From positions 32,001 to 96,000 of the IMG/VR virus record IMGVR_UViG_3300048693_000367: a stretch of DNA of 64,000 nt. One strand, 5' to 3'. The stretch comes from a virus. Its lineage: Duplodnaviria > Caudoviricetes. A model generated the notes under the pieces. It was not told the DNA's origin. It searched no databases and saw only the letters and a list, made by a program, of their open reading frames with translations. How positions within the stretch are numbered: position 1 is the first letter of the stretch; every line of letters begins with the position of its first letter. Below are positions 37,540 to 48,087 of the stretch, piece by piece. The translations under genes were made by a program, and so were the position numbers.

Positions 37540-39180
37540 ATGAAAAAAAGAATTTTAGTAGTTAATGATGCTAGCTTTTTAAATACTGGCTATGGTATTT
37601 ATGGTAAAGAATTATTAACAAGACTACATAACAGCGATAAATTTGAAGTAGCAGAATTAGGCTGTTATGCCGACATAACTAATCCTAAAATTAAAAATAT
37701 TCCATGGAAATTCTATCCTAATGCAGTATCATCGAACGACAATAGACTAGAACAATACAAGTCTAATGCTCTAAATCAGTTCGGACTATGGAGATTCAAT
37801 AGGTGTGTTGTGGATTTTAAGCCACACATTGTTTTTGATGTTCGTGACTATTGGATGTTTTCATATCAAGAAACTAGCCCATATAAGAAATATTTTAATT
37901 GGGTTATAATGCCAGCAACAGATTCGGCACCACCAAAAACAGAATGGCTATATACTTTTTGTAATGCTGATATGGTTGTGCCGTATACGGAATGGGCAAA
38001 AAAAACACTAAAACTATCATGTGGAAATCAGATAAATCTATTTCCTAAAATTGCAAATGCTGGTATTAATCCCACAGAATTCTATCCTGTAGATAATAAA
38101 TCAGAACATAAAAAGAAATATTTTGGTCAGGATTTGCATATCATAGGAACGGTTATGCGTAATCAAAGACGTAAACTACTTCCTGACCTAATGATAGCAT
38201 TTAAAAAATATCTAGAAGTTCTAAACCAATCCAATAATAAAGAACTCGCTGATAAAACATATCTCTATTTACATACGTCATACCCAGAAGATAACGGGTG
38301 GGATATTCCATCATTGTTATTGGAATATGGCATCGCTGATAAAACATATTTTACATATCATTGTAGACATTGCCATGAGTGGTTTCCAGCTAAATTTCAG
38401 CAAAGCACTACGGTCTGCAAACATTGCAATAATAAAACTGCGTGTATTGCTAGCCCAGTAAATGGGATCAATACAGAGCAGCTCAATCAAGTATATAATC
38501 TCTTCGATCTTTTTGTGCAATATGCTATATGTGAGGGATTTGGTATGCCCCAAATTGAAGCAGCAGCTTGCGGACTCACTCTTGCTTCTGTAGACTATAG
38601 CGCTATGACTGAGATTATAGATAATTTAGGCGGCTATAAAATTCCAATATCTCGCACATTTAGAGAGATGGAAACTAATGCTGATAGAGTTTATCCAGAT
38701 ATTGATACAACCGTAGCTATTATGTATGATTTCTTTGTCAATTTATCTGATGAAGATCGTGTCGCTAATGGCAGATTAACAAGAGAAAAGTGTGTATCTC
38801 ATTATACGTGGGATAATGTATATAAAGTATGGGAAGAATGTTTTGATAGTATCAATATCAACAATAAACTAGCGTGGGACTCTCCATCCGCACAACAAAC
38901 TAACCATACGGTAAAAGTACCAAAAGAGCTAACAGATAAAGAATTTATACAATTTATTTGTATGAACGTGATAAACGATACAACACTATTAAATACGGCT
39001 CATATTCAGTCGTTGATTAAGGATTCTGTTGGTGGTATGGTTGCTAAACCAGGATCTATAGTTTCTATTAATCGTCATTATTTAGTAGATAAATTAGAAG
39101 CATATCTAAATAATAAAATTATGTGCGAAAAAATGAGAATCGACCCTCAGTTTATTATAAGAGAGGATTTTATTAAATAA
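37540..39180 (+). CDS. GT-B glycosyltransferase (family 4-like) with zinc-finger insert
   Basis: TGYG, RNQRRK, CRHC..CKHC and EGFGMPQIEAAACG motifs. Confidence 0.8.
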   Translation: MKKRILVVNDASFLNTGYGIYGKELLTRLHNSDKFEVAELGCYADITNPKIKNIPWKFYPNAVSSNDNRLEQYKSNALNQFGLWRFNRCVVDFKPHIVFDVRDYWMFSYQETSPYKKYFNWVIMPATDSAPPKTEWLYTFCNADMVVPYTEWAKKTLKLSCGNQINLFPKIANAGINPTEFYPVDNKSEHKKKYFGQDLHIIGTVMRNQRRKLLPDLMIAFKKYLEVLNQSNNKELADKTYLYLHTSYPEDNGWDIPSLLLEYGIADKTYFTYHCRHCHEWFPAKFQQSTTVCKHCNNKTACIASPVNGINTEQLNQVYNLFDLFVQYAICEGFGMPQIEAAACGLTLASVDYSAMTEIIDNLGGYKIPISRTFREMETNADRVYPDIDTTVAIMYDFFVNLSDEDRVANGRLTREKCVSHYTWDNVYKVWEECFDSININNKLAWDSPSAQQTNHTVKVPKELTDKEFIQFICMNVINDTTLLNTAHIQSLIKDSVGGMVAKPGSIVSINRHYLVDKLEAYLNNKIMCEKMRIDPQFIIREDFIK

Positions 39181-39182
39181 TT

Positions 39183-39938
39183 ATGGATCATCAAGTACAT
39201 AGTATTCATACTCCGTGCAAACAGTGTGTTTTTGCTCAATATGAGAATATCACACAAACAGGCTGTCATCTAGACTATATCAGCAAGTATCGTGCATCAG
39301 GAATCGAAATATTAGAAGCTTATGATAACGATAAAGAATTTTATATCATTAACGATAAAAAGTGCATAGGATATAGAGAAAATAAGTGGTTTAATCAATT
39401 TAATTTAGCAGATGCTTCTATTGAAGAGAAAATTCATCACTATAAGCAAAACAATAAGTTACATTATCTAGTTATAGTTAATATGAAAAACTTTTCCACT
39501 ACTCAGCTAGTGGATTTTTTTACAGAATTAACTCGAACCGATATTAGGCCACAAAAGATTATTCTTATAAGATATAGAGATCCATCGTTCAATTTAAGTT
39601 ATGAAAAAATAGAATCTATTATTAATGAATCCAAAATAGGTTGTCCGTGGCGTATTCAAACCATATTAGACGATTCTATGTCTTATGACGATATACTGCA
39701 TAATGCTACAGCTCTTAATCAAAAATATAGATTTATACTGTCTATTTCGGAACCAACATCCGATTTTGCTTATTTAATAGACTATACTAATGATATAGTA
39801 TATGAAAAGCTTGAACAATTTTCTGTAGTATCCAACCCATCTAAAACAGTGCTAATATATAGTGGTGGCGTTTATAGGTTTGGTATTGCCAATAATGAAA
39901 ATATACTACACAAATACGACAAATACGATATATTATGA
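39183..39938 (+). CDS. Hypothetical protein
   Basis: HTPCKQCVFA...GC; packed ORF. Confidence 0.55.
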   Translation: MDHQVHSIHTPCKQCVFAQYENITQTGCHLDYISKYRASGIEILEAYDNDKEFYIINDKKCIGYRENKWFNQFNLADASIEEKIHHYKQNNKLHYLVIVNMKNFSTTQLVDFFTELTRTDIRPQKIILIRYRDPSFNLSYEKIESIINESKIGCPWRIQTILDDSMSYDDILHNATALNQKYRFILSISEPTSDFAYLIDYTNDIVYEKLEQFSVVSNPSKTVLIYSGGVYRFGIANNENILHKYDKYDIL

Positions 39939-40591
39939 ACTGTATTATACTGGGCGATAAATTTCAAAAACGCATGAAATCTAAAGGATGTGTTGGTTTA
40001 ATCAAAGTCAATAATAAAAGCATAATACAAAATCAATATAAGATTATTAAACAAGTATTCCCAAAAGCAAATATAGTTTACGTATATGGTTTTGAAAATA
40101 AAAGATTTCAATCATTTTTATCAAACAAAACGAGTGGCTTAGACAATATTATTAGTATATATAATCATAATTTTGAAAAATATAATAATGCCTATAGTCT
40201 GTCTTTGGTCGATAATTTTTTAAATGATGATTGTATGATATTTTTTGGTGATATTATTTTGTCTAAAAAAACTTTTGATAAATTCACACCATGCAATGGC
40301 TCACAAATATTTATTAGTCAAAAAAATAAACATAGACTTGGTTGTGTTATCAATAATTCTAAGATAGAAAATATAGCTTACGATCTAGATAACTATCTAT
40401 CAGAAGTTTATTTTCTTACTAAAAATCATTCGATTATGATAAAAGATTTATTAAATAATAAAATTAATCATAATTGTTTTATATTTGAAATTATCAATAA
40501 ACTTATAGATATGGATCAAACTATTAGTCCACTATTTTCTGAAAACATATCATCATTAACACTCTTATCAAATAGGATGCAGTATGAATAA
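39935..40591 (+). CDS. Degenerate nucleotidyltransferase (LicC/GlmU-like fold)
   Basis: CIILGDKFQKRMKS..GLIKVNNKSII, YN..F..YNNAYSL and IFFGDII; the LAAG.G.R..PK signature is degenerate. Confidence 0.6.
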   Translation: MNCIILGDKFQKRMKSKGCVGLIKVNNKSIIQNQYKIIKQVFPKANIVYVYGFENKRFQSFLSNKTSGLDNIISIYNHNFEKYNNAYSLSLVDNFLNDDCMIFFGDIILSKKTFDKFTPCNGSQIFISQKNKHRLGCVINNSKIENIAYDLDNYLSEVYFLTKNHSIMIKDLLNNKINHNCFIFEIINKLIDMDQTISPLFSENISSLTLLSNRMQYE

Positions 40592-40925
40592 CTCATTTGG
40601 TATATTCGCAGAAAATCTAGAAGAGAATAAAAATCTCATTTATGAACTAGGTAATCAATGCAAAAAACTAGGAGACACTGTATTATTTACAGACAGCATA
40701 CAAAGTAACGAATTTATCGAGTATGCTATTTTTCCATCTTTTTATATGAGATTTTTTCAGGGTGTTGTTATCTTTCTAAATATAGAAGACCATACTGAGC
40801 ACAAAAATAATATAATAGGTAAGCCCATGCTATATTTAACTGAACAAACACTTAAACACACTAAGATAGATGGATCAATGGTTAATAAATCAGAAATATT
40901 TTCAGCGTCTGGAGGATATTCATGA
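40584..40925 (+). CDS. Hypothetical protein
   Basis: Packed ORF. Confidence 0.5.
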   Translation: MNNSFGIFAENLEENKNLIYELGNQCKKLGDTVLFTDSIQSNEFIEYAIFPSFYMRFFQGVVIFLNIEDHTEHKNNIIGKPMLYLTEQTLKHTKIDGSMVNKSEIFSASGGYS

Positions 40926-41713
40926 ATTACAACGAACTATCTGATAAACAAAAAAAAGAACTATTAATTAATGAATATGAGATTAATAATCATAGCTTTA
41001 GAGAAATAGCCATATCATATGGTACTTATGCTAATAAAATCCGAAGAGATGCTATAAAGTTTAAGATTAATATCAAAAATAAAAGCCAAGCACAAAAAAA
41101 TGCCATATCTAGCGGTAAAGTAGATCATCCAACAAAGGGTAAAAACAGATCCGAAGAAGTAAAAGAAAAAATTGGCTTATCCGTAATGAAAGCATGGGAT
41201 GAACTAGATGAACAAACACTAATCAAACGCAAAGAAAAAGCTCGTCAAAACTGGGAAAGTTTACCAGATGACATCAAAGATAATATCTTAAGAGAAGCTA
41301 ATATAGGAGTAAGACAAGCCAGTAGAACTGGTTCAAAACTAGAAACATTTATTTTGAAAGCGTTATTGAAAGATGGCTATCGTGTGGAGTTTCACAAAGA
41401 ACAAACTCTATCAAATACCAAGTTGCAAATAGACCTATTTCTGCCTACTTTAAATACAGCAATCGAGATTGATGGATTGTCTCACTTTGAGCCGGTGTGG
41501 GGTCACGATACCCTGGCCAGAAATCAAGGATATGACAATAAGAAAACAGGACTCATACTAGGTAAAGGTTTGGTTTTAATTAGAATCAAACAATTAAAAG
41601 ATTTCTCGCCAAGCAGAGCGAAAGTATTGTATAGCGAACTTAAACAGATACTAGAAGATATACAAATAAAATTTCCTGACACAGACCATAGAAATATTAC
41701 AATAGGAGACTGA
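40922..41713 (+). CDS. Vsr/DUF559-like endonuclease with NUMOD3-like repeats
   Basis: KGKNRSEEVKEKIG, SKLE and IDLFLP..AIEIDGLSHF...D motifs. Confidence 0.7.
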   Translation: MNYNELSDKQKKELLINEYEINNHSFREIAISYGTYANKIRRDAIKFKINIKNKSQAQKNAISSGKVDHPTKGKNRSEEVKEKIGLSVMKAWDELDEQTLIKRKEKARQNWESLPDDIKDNILREANIGVRQASRTGSKLETFILKALLKDGYRVEFHKEQTLSNTKLQIDLFLPTLNTAIEIDGLSHFEPVWGHDTLARNQGYDNKKTGLILGKGLVLIRIKQLKDFSPSRAKVLYSELKQILEDIQIKFPDTDHRNITIGD

Positions 41714-41717
41714 TATA

Positions 41718-42455
41718 ATGGGCAGACCAAAGAAGGATACAACAGAGACTGTGAACGAAACCATATCGGTGGAAATCGACACAAATAACAAGCCTGTAAC
41801 ACCTAATGATTTGGAATGGACTGATCATGTGCTTGGATTATTAACTGACGATGAGAAGATCGCTGGTAATCCCACAACAGATGGACTAAGACGTATTTTT
41901 GAAATTGCTTTAGATTGCACCGTTATTAATGCCGAGTCACAAGTTGTTCAATCTCCTTCTGTAGATAATGAAAGACGAGCAACAGTGGTTCATTCATTGT
42001 CATATATGATGAATAATATGGATAATAATGATATGAGAACACTAAGAACTGTTAGTGGCGCTGCGGATGTTTATTGGGGCAATTGCGACAAGGTATATAG
42101 AAACCATCCGGTTGCGGTAGCAGAAACCAGAGCAGAGGGTAGAGCTTTAAGACGAGCACTTAAGCTGCGTAAAGTAGTAGCGGCAGAAGAATTGGCTAAA
42201 GATATTGATACTAGTCATTTAGAAGAGAATAATATTGGTAAAATTAATAGTACTCAAATTAATTTCTTTGAAGTATTTGGTAAACGGCTAAATATTAATA
42301 TTCATAAGCTATTAGAAAAACTTGCTGTGGATCATAAAAATGTCTATAATATATCATATGACGATGCGGTAAAAACAATTACCACACTGTCAAGCTATCA
42401 ACAAACAAACGATATACCTCAAGATATTATTGGGTATGATCCAAACTGGAAATAG
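41718..42455 (+). CDS. Putative Rad52/Sak-like ssDNA-annealing protein
   Basis: DGLRRI, SGAAD and VAVAETRAEGRALRRAL motifs. Confidence 0.55.
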   Translation: MGRPKKDTTETVNETISVEIDTNNKPVTPNDLEWTDHVLGLLTDDEKIAGNPTTDGLRRIFEIALDCTVINAESQVVQSPSVDNERRATVVHSLSYMMNNMDNNDMRTLRTVSGAADVYWGNCDKVYRNHPVAVAETRAEGRALRRALKLRKVVAAEELAKDIDTSHLEENNIGKINSTQINFFEVFGKRLNINIHKLLEKLAVDHKNVYNISYDDAVKTITTLSSYQQTNDIPQDIIGYDPNWK

Positions 42456-42464
42456 GGGTGAGCT

Positions 42465-42794
42465 ATGAAAGTCAAATATAAGGTTGGAGATAAATTAGAG
42501 TTTGAACTAGAGGGTTCTGGTCAAAAAGAAATTTTTAAAGAACTAGCTCTCATACAAGAAATTTTTGCTGAAGAAAAGTGTGGATTGTGTAGTAGCACCA
42601 ACCTTAGATTTGTTGTTCGTAATGTTGAAGGAAACGATTATTACGAATTGCGTTGCGCCGACTGTGGCGCTATACTAGCGTTTGGTCAACACAAAAAAGG
42701 CGGAACATTATTTCCTAAACGAAAAGACGATGATGGTAACTATTTACCAAACAAGGGTTGGCACAAGTGGACTAAAGAATCTAAAGACAAATAA
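42465..42794 (+). CDS. Zinc-ribbon hypothetical protein
   Basis: CGLC...YYELRCADCGA.LAFGQ. Confidence 0.6.
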   Translation: MKVKYKVGDKLEFELEGSGQKEIFKELALIQEIFAEEKCGLCSSTNLRFVVRNVEGNDYYELRCADCGAILAFGQHKKGGTLFPKRKDDDGNYLPNKGWHKWTKESKDK

Positions 42795-43759
42795 TGAGTC
42801 CGATCTATTTACAAGATGGTAAAATTCTTATAAATAATAATAAGATAGCTATCGGTCCTAGTTGTTGCTGTGCTACGACAAGGCTAGAATGTGCCACCTA
42901 TCAATGTCAAGCTCTAATAATGGAGTGTGAGGATGGTACTAAAACATATAAAGGACTATCTCCTTTTACTACTACGTGGCAGATCCTTAAAAAAGGAAAT
43001 ATTGAAATTTTAACTGATCCTAATCCTCCGGGCGCTCCTCCCTACTATTTCGTAGACCCTTATGGAGTATCACACGATCCTTATTCAGAACCAGAATATG
43101 CGGGACTAACGGGCGGGTTTGCTTCGCAAATGTATGGATGTATTTATTTAAGCGATTGTGCGTTCGGCTATCTTGGCTATGAATGGTATATAGATGGAGA
43201 ACCTGTTCCACAATCAGAATGTTGTCCAGATTTTACAACATGTTATGGCTATAATCAATTCGTAGGTGGCACATGGCCGGACGGCTTTGGGGGTACTCCC
43301 CAGGCTGCGGCACCAGGACCAGGATACATGATATTTGGAGTGCCAGACGTTTGGATTCCTGGTAAAATTGAAAATGGAGCTATGATAGGATATGATTGTG
43401 ATAATATCTTTGCAGGTACGAACCTTGCAATGGTTGGAAGTGGCTGTAGTCTTAGTTGTACTCCCATAGTGTCTCCTCCTGTTCCGCCAGAAAGTGTATA
43501 TTATTATTGTATGGGAACTTGTACTCAAGATGATGGAACAGCAACTTTCGAATTTATGGGAGAATGCACCGGAAGATTTGATTTGCTTTATGAGTCCGCG
43601 ACGTGGTTGGGGGGTTATGGACGCTGTTGCGAGCCAACTAGCGATCCCGATGCTGTGCCACCATTTAGATTAAAAGTAGAATGTGACGCTCTTGGTGGCA
43701 CATGGTATAATACTACTTATGCTCAAACATGCAATCAACTAGCTAATCCCTTCCCATGA
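42794..43759 (+). CDS. Cys/Gly/Pro-rich hypothetical protein
   Basis: IYLQDGKIL...SCCC N-terminus; about 20 Cys. Confidence 0.55.
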   Translation: MSPIYLQDGKILINNNKIAIGPSCCCATTRLECATYQCQALIMECEDGTKTYKGLSPFTTTWQILKKGNIEILTDPNPPGAPPYYFVDPYGVSHDPYSEPEYAGLTGGFASQMYGCIYLSDCAFGYLGYEWYIDGEPVPQSECCPDFTTCYGYNQFVGGTWPDGFGGTPQAAAPGPGYMIFGVPDVWIPGKIENGAMIGYDCDNIFAGTNLAMVGSGCSLSCTPIVSPPVPPESVYYYCMGTCTQDDGTATFEFMGECTGRFDLLYESATWLGGYGRCCEPTSDPDAVPPFRLKVECDALGGTWYNTTYAQTCNQLANPFP

Positions 43760-44202
43760 TTACTGCTAAAAAAGTTTTTTTTATAGAACGTTGCAATGAG
43801 CGCGGCTATACTTTGGACCAAGTTAAAGATTGTATAGTTTCAGAAAATGGAGATGATATTACTGTTGATGAAACTCATCCATCATATCCGAAGAAATCTA
43901 AAAACGCCATCTCTTCACCACCTGTTTCTGGTTTGATATCTGTTGATACAGGAGGCACTGGAACAGAATTAAAAAAAATATTAACTAAAATAGGCATAAA
44001 AGCTACTCCAAATTGTTCATGTAATACTAGAGCTAAAATTATGGATGAAAAGGGTGCTGATTGGTGTGAAAACAATATTGATACTATCGTTGGCTGGTTA
44101 AGGGAAGAAGCCGATAAAAGAAATCTTCCGTTTATAGATTATGCTGGTAAATTATTAATCAAACGAGCAATAAAAAACTCTAGAGCAAACAATGTTATAT
44201 AA
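43756..44202 (+). CDS. Conserved phage hypothetical protein
   Basis: ERC.ERGYTL..V..CIV..VDETHPSYP and GTELKKIL..GI...PNCSC..RA..MD..G..WC modules. Confidence 0.6.
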   Translation: MITAKKVFFIERCNERGYTLDQVKDCIVSENGDDITVDETHPSYPKKSKNAISSPPVSGLISVDTGGTGTELKKILTKIGIKATPNCSCNTRAKIMDEKGADWCENNIDTIVGWLREEADKRNLPFIDYAGKLLIKRAIKNSRANNVI

Positions 44203-45829
44203 TATATCTTTTGTTACGGGCATATGGGATTTGGGACGAGATTTGGCCGCTAGTGGGTGGAATAGAACATTTCAGCATTATATAGATAATTTTATTAGAC
44301 TATTAACAGAGATGAAAGACTATAATCTTATAGTCTTCATAGACCCTTCCATAGAACATATAGTATGGGAGCATAGAGACAGGAAAAATACTGTTGTTTA
44401 TCATCATCCTAAAAATAATTTTAAAGGTAATTTTTTTCCATTCTTTGATCAGATACAAAAAATTCGTAATAATTCAGAGTGGTATGGTCAGGCTGGGTGG
44501 TTAAAAAACAGTACGCAAGGATCATTAGAATATTATAATCCTATGGTCATGAGCAAAATGTTCTTGCTCAATAATGCACGACTATTTAATCCTTTTAATA
44601 GCGAATATTATTATTGGATCGATGGTGGCATTACTAACACTCTAAGTCTAGGATATTTCAATAATCCTGTTGTAATAAATAATTTAATCAACTTATCTAA
44701 AAAGTTTTTATTTATATGTTTTCCATATGAAACCAATTCGGAAATTCATGGCTTTAATATACAAGCAATGAAAAAATTTAGCAATAGCGAGGTTGTAAAT
44801 AGGGTGGCTCGTGGTGGATTTTTTGGAGGACACAAAAACTATATTGCTCAAGCGAACGGACTATACTATCAATTATTGCATAATTCTCTAAATGAAGGTT
44901 TCATGGGAACCGAAGAGAGCATTTTTACAATAATGACATATCTACAACCAGAAACGTATCATTATGAAATGATTAATGGAGATGGGTTAATATATGTCTT
45001 TTTCGAAAAATTACAACAAAAAACTTATATGCCGAATAATTCTAAGGCAGTTAATCTGTACATAAATACTTTTCAGTCGCCATCTCAGTTGCAAATGTTA
45101 TTGGATTCATTTGAAAAATATGAGCCATCATTCCTACAATATACAAATAAAATTTTAATCAATAACACCCCCAACACGGATAAAAATACAGAATTATTTA
45201 AAGATTATGATAATATTTGTGAAAAATACCAGTTCACGCAAATAAAAAATGGAAATATGGGTATTTGTGGATCTAGACAATGGTGTGCCGAACACTTCGA
45301 AAACTCAGACTCTGAATATATGTTGTTTTTTGAAGATGATATGTTATTAGATTTTAGTGGTAATTGTCCATTTGGTTTTAATAAAAATGTTGAAAATTTA
45401 TTAGAAACTATCATCCAGATAATGAATAAAGAAAAGTATGATTTTTTAAAGTTAAGTTTTAGCGAATTTTATGGACACAACGGCGAACAGTGGAGTTGGC
45501 ATAATGTGCCACAAAATCAAAAGATACAATATTTTGGTAAATTACTTAATAGGCCACCCACAAAATTCAATAATATCAAATCTTTAAACAACACCCCATA
45601 TGCTGATGGTGAGATTTACTATAGTAACTGGCCACATATTATAAGCAAAGAGGGCAATAAACGTTGCTTTTTGGATACCAAATGGGCTCATCCTTTCGAA
45701 CAAACTTGGATGAGTCATTTATATACTTTGGCTCATAATAACATTATTAAGCCAGCAATACTGCTCGCTAGTCCCATAACACATAATCGTGAACACCACT
45801 ATCTCGCATCAGAACGCAAGGAAAACTAA
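44192..45829 (+). CDS. Fusion of HtrL/YibB(WlaTC)-like domain and GT-A glycosyltransferase
   Basis: N-terminal FVTGIWDLGR, WIDGG, GGFFGG and GTEE; C-terminal GICGSRQ and FFEDDM. Confidence 0.65.
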   Translation: MLYNISFVTGIWDLGRDLAASGWNRTFQHYIDNFIRLLTEMKDYNLIVFIDPSIEHIVWEHRDRKNTVVYHHPKNNFKGNFFPFFDQIQKIRNNSEWYGQAGWLKNSTQGSLEYYNPMVMSKMFLLNNARLFNPFNSEYYYWIDGGITNTLSLGYFNNPVVINNLINLSKKFLFICFPYETNSEIHGFNIQAMKKFSNSEVVNRVARGGFFGGHKNYIAQANGLYYQLLHNSLNEGFMGTEESIFTIMTYLQPETYHYEMINGDGLIYVFFEKLQQKTYMPNNSKAVNLYINTFQSPSQLQMLLDSFEKYEPSFLQYTNKILINNTPNTDKNTELFKDYDNICEKYQFTQIKNGNMGICGSRQWCAEHFENSDSEYMLFFEDDMLLDFSGNCPFGFNKNVENLLETIIQIMNKEKYDFLKLSFSEFYGHNGEQWSWHNVPQNQKIQYFGKLLNRPPTKFNNIKSLNNTPYADGEIYYSNWPHIISKEGNKRCFLDTKWAHPFEQTWMSHLYTLAHNNIIKPAILLASPITHNREHHYLASERKEN

Positions 45830-45838
45830 GGATTAATT

Positions 45839-47104
45839 ATGTCAACCACAGAAAATACTATTTTTATTCAAATAGCTGCTTATAGAGATCCACAGCTTTT
45901 ACCAACCTTACAGGATGCGATAGATAAAGCTCGGTTTCCAGAAAATTTAAGATTCGGTATAGCGTGGCAGCATTGTGATAATGATGATTGGGACAAATTA
46001 GATACCTATAAATTAGATTCAAGATTTAGAATTATAGATATAGACTATCGAGATAGCAAGGGTGTGTGTTGGGCTAGAAATTTAGTACAAAGTCTTTATC
46101 AGGGAGAAACTTACACTTTACAACTAGATAGTCACCATAGATTTGTGGAAAACTGGGACACAACCCTAATAGAAATGCTAAATAATCTACAAAAAGAAGG
46201 ATATCCAAAACCGTTGATTACAGCATATGTACCCAGTTTTGATCCAGACAACGATCCAGAAAAAAGAGTAATAGAACCCTGGAAAATGACATTCGATAGA
46301 TTTATTCCAGAAGGTGCTGTGTTTACATTACCAGCATCATATAATCCACAAATTGATGATATTACTAAACCATTACCCGCAAGATTTTATAGTGCGCATT
46401 TTGCTTTCAGCATAGGGGCCTTTGCAAAAGAAGTACAGCACGATCCAGAATACTATTTTCACGGAGAAGAAATAAATATTGCTGTGCGGGCTTTTACTCA
46501 TGGATATGATTTATTTTATCCAAATACTATAGTATGCTGGCATGAATATACTCGCAAAGGACGAACCAAACAGTGGGATGATGATAAAAATTGGCCAGAA
46601 AAAAATAATCATTGTCATAGTCGTAATCGTAAATTATTTGGCATGGATGGAGAGGTGAAGGATATAGATTTTGGTAAATATGATTTTGGTTCTGTGAGAT
46701 CTCTAAAAGACTACGAAAAATATGCTGGGTTGTGTTTTAGTCAAAGGTGTGTTACTCAAGACGTTATTGATCACAAACCACCACAGATTAAAAATATACT
46801 ATTATCTGATAAAGAATTTGAAGAAAGTTTAATTCCAATATTTAAACATTGTATTGATATATCCTATGCTCAAGTTCCAGAAAAGGACTATGACTTCTGG
46901 TGTGTTGCTTTTAAAGATAAGGACGGAAACGATATTAATAGACAAGATGCAGATGAGTCAGAAATAACAAAAATGATGCAGGATCCGGATGGGTATTGTA
47001 AAGTATGGAGAATTTTTGAAACTAAGATTAAACCACATAGCTGGATAGTATGGCCTCATAGTAAATCAAAGGGTTGGGCGGATCCTATTGCTGGGAATAT
47101 ATGA
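45839..47104 (+). CDS. GT60-like polypeptide N-acetylglucosaminyltransferase
   Basis: TIFIQIAAYRDP, GVCWAR, LQLDSHHRF..NWD (DSH), FHGEE and R.FTHGYD motifs. Confidence 0.8.
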   Translation: MSTTENTIFIQIAAYRDPQLLPTLQDAIDKARFPENLRFGIAWQHCDNDDWDKLDTYKLDSRFRIIDIDYRDSKGVCWARNLVQSLYQGETYTLQLDSHHRFVENWDTTLIEMLNNLQKEGYPKPLITAYVPSFDPDNDPEKRVIEPWKMTFDRFIPEGAVFTLPASYNPQIDDITKPLPARFYSAHFAFSIGAFAKEVQHDPEYYFHGEEINIAVRAFTHGYDLFYPNTIVCWHEYTRKGRTKQWDDDKNWPEKNNHCHSRNRKLFGMDGEVKDIDFGKYDFGSVRSLKDYEKYAGLCFSQRCVTQDVIDHKPPQIKNILLSDKEFEESLIPIFKHCIDISYAQVPEKDYDFWCVAFKDKDGNDINRQDADESEITKMMQDPDGYCKVWRIFETKIKPHSWIVWPHSKSKGWADPIAGNI

Positions 47105-48087
47105 GATTGATTATCAGACACTTATTTAGAGATTTAGGTAACTATTATGTTACTGCATTTTTAAATAGTTTATATTCTAAACTATGTATTAAATACCCAA
47201 ACTATACATTTGATATTCAAAACGATAAACTATATGAAAATAATGGCTATGGTAGTATTTATAGCTGTATGAATTTTTCGATTGTCAATCCTAAGACAGA
47301 AAAATATATATTAGTTTCGTTTTTTGATAATTGGAAATATCTATTTATGAAACATATGGGTTGGAGTCCAGATAAAATGACGCAATTTTTTTATTGTGGT
47401 GGTTTTAATTATATGGACTATTTTCATTGGAAACATTTACAAAAAGAAAACAAAGACGTATGTTTACCATATAATATAGAGACTGTTTATAAAAGTTTTT
47501 TTTATGGACCATATTATGCTAACCAAGACTCTGAGATAGATAAGATATATAATATTAATAATATTAAACGATCTATACCACAATTGTCTTTTCGTGGATA
47601 TATGTGGGATTTTAGAAAAGAGATGCTAGATAATTTAAATGATGAATCTATAACTATTATAGATAAAAACTCAACTAATAATAATCTAAACTATATTGAA
47701 TACTTGCAAGATCTTACAAAATATAGATGCGCACTAAGTTTACCAGGAGGAACAGAAATTTGTAATAGAGATATTGAATGTTTTAGTATTGGTGTTCCAG
47801 TAATTAGACCCAATCTATGTATAAATTATCCAGACCCATTGATTGCTAATTATCATTATATTAGTTGTTATGATAATTGTAAATATTGGGACGGATACCC
47901 CTCATACCTATCATACAAAGACTTTCAAGAATCTTTAAAAGATTGCTGGAGCAAAGTAAAGGACAACCTGGAATATTTGGAATTTATATCTAAAAATGCT
48001 AGAGAATGGTATCTAAAAAATTGTACCATCGAAAATAATATCAAATATATAATGTCTAAAATAGATCTGGGGGCTTTAAATGGTTAA
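47101..48087 (+). CDS. Putative GT-B glycosyltransferase (GT90/exostosin-like C-terminus)
   Basis: LSFRG, Y..YL..L..YRCALSLPG..EICNRDIEC..IGVPVI and ISKNAREWY motifs. Confidence 0.55.
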   Translation: MRLIIRHLFRDLGNYYVTAFLNSLYSKLCIKYPNYTFDIQNDKLYENNGYGSIYSCMNFSIVNPKTEKYILVSFFDNWKYLFMKHMGWSPDKMTQFFYCGGFNYMDYFHWKHLQKENKDVCLPYNIETVYKSFFYGPYYANQDSEIDKIYNINNIKRSIPQLSFRGYMWDFRKEMLDNLNDESITIIDKNSTNNNLNYIEYLQDLTKYRCALSLPGGTEICNRDIECFSIGVPVIRPNLCINYPDPLIANYHYISCYDNCKYWDGYPSYLSYKDFQESLKDCWSKVKDNLEYLEFISKNAREWYLKNCTIENNIKYIMSKIDLGALNG

